This document shows positions 60,367-64,000 of a stretch of 64,000 nucleotides of DNA, piece after piece (the first letter of the stretch is position 1; the number at the start of each line of letters is the position of its first letter). Origin of the DNA: Phoronis australis. Its lineage: Eukaryota; Animalia; Phoronida. A model generated the notes under the pieces. It ran no database searches, was not told the origin of the DNA, and saw only the letters and a program-made list of their open reading frames with translations. Location: contig NMRA01000732.1 in NCBI GenBank assembly GCA_002633005.1, positions 1 through 64,000 of the forward strand. Reading direction: 5' to 3'. Position numbers and translations under genes: made by a program.

Positions 60367-62125
60367 AGGAGAAAGCAACCTATTTCATGTCATTTTTAGT
60401 AAAAATATGGTCCGCTGATTAACCCAGACATATTTTTCAGTTAATTACGGCTTCTCATAATTAAATTAATTAAGGGGTTTAGAATTTTCCGCCATTTTGT
60501 TTTCATATAATCTAACTGTGTGAGCTGTTAGTTATTGTTTTACCTTAGTGGTGATAAGTTCGGTCGCCCTTTGTGTTTATTACAAGTCAGTCAACATGCC
60601 ACATGGTTGCTGCGTACTGGGATGTTCTCATTACCCCCTTTCGCGCACTTTGGGTATGCCATTAAATTGCTCTCCGATGAATGACACACTCCGCTGTACT
60701 TGGCTTGTTCATGAGAGGCACGCAGTGTTATCCCACGTCCACCCAATGCACAATGCAGTGGACAATTACTGAGTGTATGGCAATCATTTTCTGCTGTTGG
60801 ATTACGAAAGAGATATGTACGCGGAAGTGATGGAGATTCCTGCAAAACAATGCCTGAAGAAGAGTGCCATACTGTCACAGTTGATTTCCAGCAGTTTCCA
60901 GTCGTCACCCCCGAGAAGTGCATTTTTGAAGCGAGAAGCCTCACGAGCTGTGGCCTCTACAGTGACTGGAAGCCCTTCAACTACTGTATTAAGTATTGAG
61001 AGTGAATACCCAATAAGCAGTGACTGGAGGCCCTTCAACTACTGTCACACCTCATGCCTCCGAACGTTCCCCAGATCATGCAATTCGGGAATAAGCACTG
61101 ATTCTCCCTGTTCTGGTGTTGTCTCCAGCCCAAAGCCCGTAAGTAGCCTTGCAGCGACGTTAAGTATTGAGAGTGAATACAGGTCCAGTTCGTCACCCAA
61201 TAAGCAGTGAACAGGCCGGTGAGCAGGCCTTTATGCAGCGTACGTCTTGGGCGTCCATGTGGATGCCCAGGACTACCACTAATCTGGACGCCCTGGCAAG
61301 GACGCCCAAAGTATCATTTGGACGCCCACGGTGAATAGGAACCTTTCAAGTTTGGACTCACACATTGCAATGAATACTAGGAAGTCTCTGAAGGCTAACA
61401 GTGGGGGCTCTTTTTTCAAAGCAGGAAGAAATATACAATGTTGCTATGCTCACACCTGGTTGATAGCATTGTAAAATCTTTTTGGTCTACAGTTTTTTTT
61501 AGTAAAAATGCTCACTACAGAAGGCTGTTTGGTAAACTTAGATGTAAAAACCTATGCATTTTTTGTAAAAAAAAAATGTGTTTGGGGGGATAGCTGGGGG
61601 TGGGGGGGGGNGGTGAGCCAAACTTTGATCAGTTTATTGTGGACTTGACTCAAGTATTGGAGTTATTTAGAAGGTGCCAGGTGTGTGGCCAAGGAGTCAC
61701 ATGATGGGATGTAAGCTGTTTGAGTGCTCAGGTCACCATCCAGTGAGAGTGTATCCGGCAAGTGGGGCAGTTGTTCCTCTATCTGTGGGACACCTGAGGT
61801 CCACTTTACCATATTCAATGGCATGCGCTTCACTTGAAACACCTTTCAGTCGGTAAAGACACTAATGGACTTTGGTAAAGTCAAGTTTTTGAAGTCAATT
61901 TTAGGAAAGCAGCATGAAAACAACAGCAGAAAAGATCCTTACAGTAAATTCGAATGCAAGAACAAAATGGCGGGAAATTCTAAACCCCCTAAACGTCACT
62001 TCTGGGAAAGGGCATGACTGATTAATTAATTTATGGGAAGCCGTAATTAACTGAAAAATATGTGTGGGATAATCAATGAACAGTATTTTTACTAAACATG
62101 ACATGCAAAAAAGTAGCTTTCTTCT
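60367..62125 (+). mobile_element. Kolobok-like DNA transposon derivative with TTAA TSD and ~140-170 bp TIRs
   Basis: TTAA|aggagaaagc...tttttcagttaattacggcttc...ggggtttagaattt.ccgccattttgtt is mirrored at 61960-62125|TTAA. Confidence 0.85.
60596..60877 (+). pseudogene. THAP zinc-finger domain pseudogene
   Basis: MPHGCCVLGCSH...P...LR..W...NY*VYGNHFLLLDYERD...LKKSAILS: THAP layout including the AVP-box equivalent, with an in-frame TGA and Cys to Tyr. Confidence 0.75.
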
Positions 62126-63760
62126 TTAAAAAAAAAAATTGTAATCAACAAAACTTGACAATTAAAGAAAGTTTTGAGGACTGTTACATGAATTTTGTGT
62201 CTAGATAAAATTTAACAAAGTGTCATCATCATGATGTTGGTTGTTAGTGTTACGAATGAATATTTAGACATTGTGCAGTAAAAAATAATTACAAAGTACA
62301 TGTTATCGCCATCTATTGTGGTTATACAAGACCACTAGTAGCAGAAGTCGTATACAATTTGTATTTATCACTACTGTGAAATTTGTTAATGCTTTGAGAA
62401 ATTAAATAACTAGTGGAGGTACTCATATTCAAGTGTATTGTTGAAAAATCAAACATCAAGGTAAGTTCTTTGCATTACAATGCCTGCTATCCGTGACTCT
62501 GCTCGTCTCCAAATCACAAGCCTGAAGCAGACAAAATCTTCTCAATATGATTTAGTTTTGTAAAATGAGCCCAGCAATATTATAAAATACCAACTTATGG
62601 ACAGATACATTGGTAATGAAGTAGTCTTTGACTCTTGCCATAATATAAATGGTTTAAATATACTTCAACTCTACCTTATTAATGGCACTGAACTGCACTG
62701 GTTTCAGCAGCTTAATGTTGCGTGGTCATGTGATCATATAATGACAGCATCTGGATTTTGGTGCGTGCATAGGTCCATAGGAAATAAGGACGACAAGTTT
62801 GAACGTAGATGTTCTGTGATTTTAATACAGAATGTTTCGATTGTTGAACTTCACAGCAGACGATGTGAATGTTGAGGAATAAATGTACATGCCAGAAAAC
62901 TATAATATTTGTGATAAGTGGGTCCCTGACTTAAAACTGACATGAGAACCAGTTACTCTCACTGAATAACACCTGTTACTCAGTGAGAGTATCTGGTTCT
63001 CATATCACTTTTAATTCAGGGACATCTGTTATTCAGTGAGAGTAACTGGTTCTTATATCACTTTTAAACCTGCGACCCGCCTATGCGATAACCACAGATT
63101 TAGGCAATTACATCGCCAGGTGTATAGGGATACAGGGGCGATAATACACACCCATAAAAAGTTACTCATCTCAAAAGTACAGCACATAAAACTGAGTGAA
63201 ACATACATGTATATATACACAAATGAAGTTATAATTAACACATAGTATGATTTTGGAGACACTTCACAAAACATATATGATCCATGAAAATCTGTCCCAG
63301 TTCGCTAGAGCTTTCCTCACTGGATGCCATTTTGAGAAAGTTATGTGAAACCATGCCTGTTGACGAACAAAAAGTCTTAGGGACACAAAACTTACAAATT
63401 CCACTTGATGTCTTTCTATGCTATTTTTAGTTGAAATCCTTTGTGGTTATTGCAAGCGGTGAAAAAGTTAATGGCGACCAAAAAAGTAGAATTGGAATTC
63501 TTCACCAAAGTTGTCTTAATTCCCGTAGACATGCTTCATCAAAGATATGCACAGAACCAGAAAGGATTGCCCAAGAGTGTATTACTAGGCACTTTTTTAA
63601 GAAACAATTTTAATGGAAAGTGAATTTTGACGAGGTGAAAACCTCTCATTTGGTGAGCGGATTTCGCCTTCCGCTTAAACTACACGGGATGAAATTAGTA
63701 CAGAAAGAGATGGAGAGTATTGTAGCCCCTAGACAGCCAGCCGAAGGACTATGTGTTGCC

Positions 63761-64000
63761 TAGACAGTGACCACTATCTCTAGCTGGTTCAGTAGAGACG
63801 GTGTAGCTCCTATAGGAGCTTCGTATGCTGGAAGTTTTTCAGTGTATTATGCCTCACACTGACTAAAACATCAAAGTCACACTATTATAAATACCTTTTG
63901 CATATATAGGAATACCTTAGGAGGCCATCGATGTATTTAATTACTTCCAATTCCAACAAATACTCCCATTATCAAACTTTTTCAACGACCAGTCCTTCGT
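63761..64000 (+). mobile_element. Diverged TIR of the 1482-2407 family, running off the window
   Basis: tagacagtgacca...attatgcctc.cac.gactaaa.catcaaagtcac...ttataaataccttttg...aaatactccc.ttat.aaactttt. Confidence 0.8.

Overview
Eukaryotic, intron-rich, AT-rich animal genomic DNA, probably a marine invertebrate; a lophotrochozoan is my guess from the syntaxin sequence. Almost all ORFs in the supplied track are spurious; the real genes appear only when read as spliced exons. Two convergent genes fill the window. (1) A complete 6-exon BCL7-family gene (BAF/SWI-SNF subunit) on + (CDS 1309-11466, 218 aa). (2) A syntaxin-1-type Qa-SNARE gene on - (exons 2-10, 51673 down to 16701; exon 1 not found, probably beyond the window). 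The syntaxin gene has a duplicated, apparently mutually exclusive exon 6 pair and at least three alternative transmembrane last exons, one adding a Ser/Thr-rich luminal tail with N-glycosylation sequons. There are weaker candidates for CaaX-type and TM-less ends. The introns hold many non-autonomous DNA transposons: TAG-ended foldbacks, TTAA-flanked Kolobok-like elements with dead THAP ORFs, Helentron-like, Tc1/mariner-like and Harbinger-like MITEs. There are also minisatellites, two N gaps and two probable haplotype-duplication artefacts. All gene models were read by eye, without transcript evidence.
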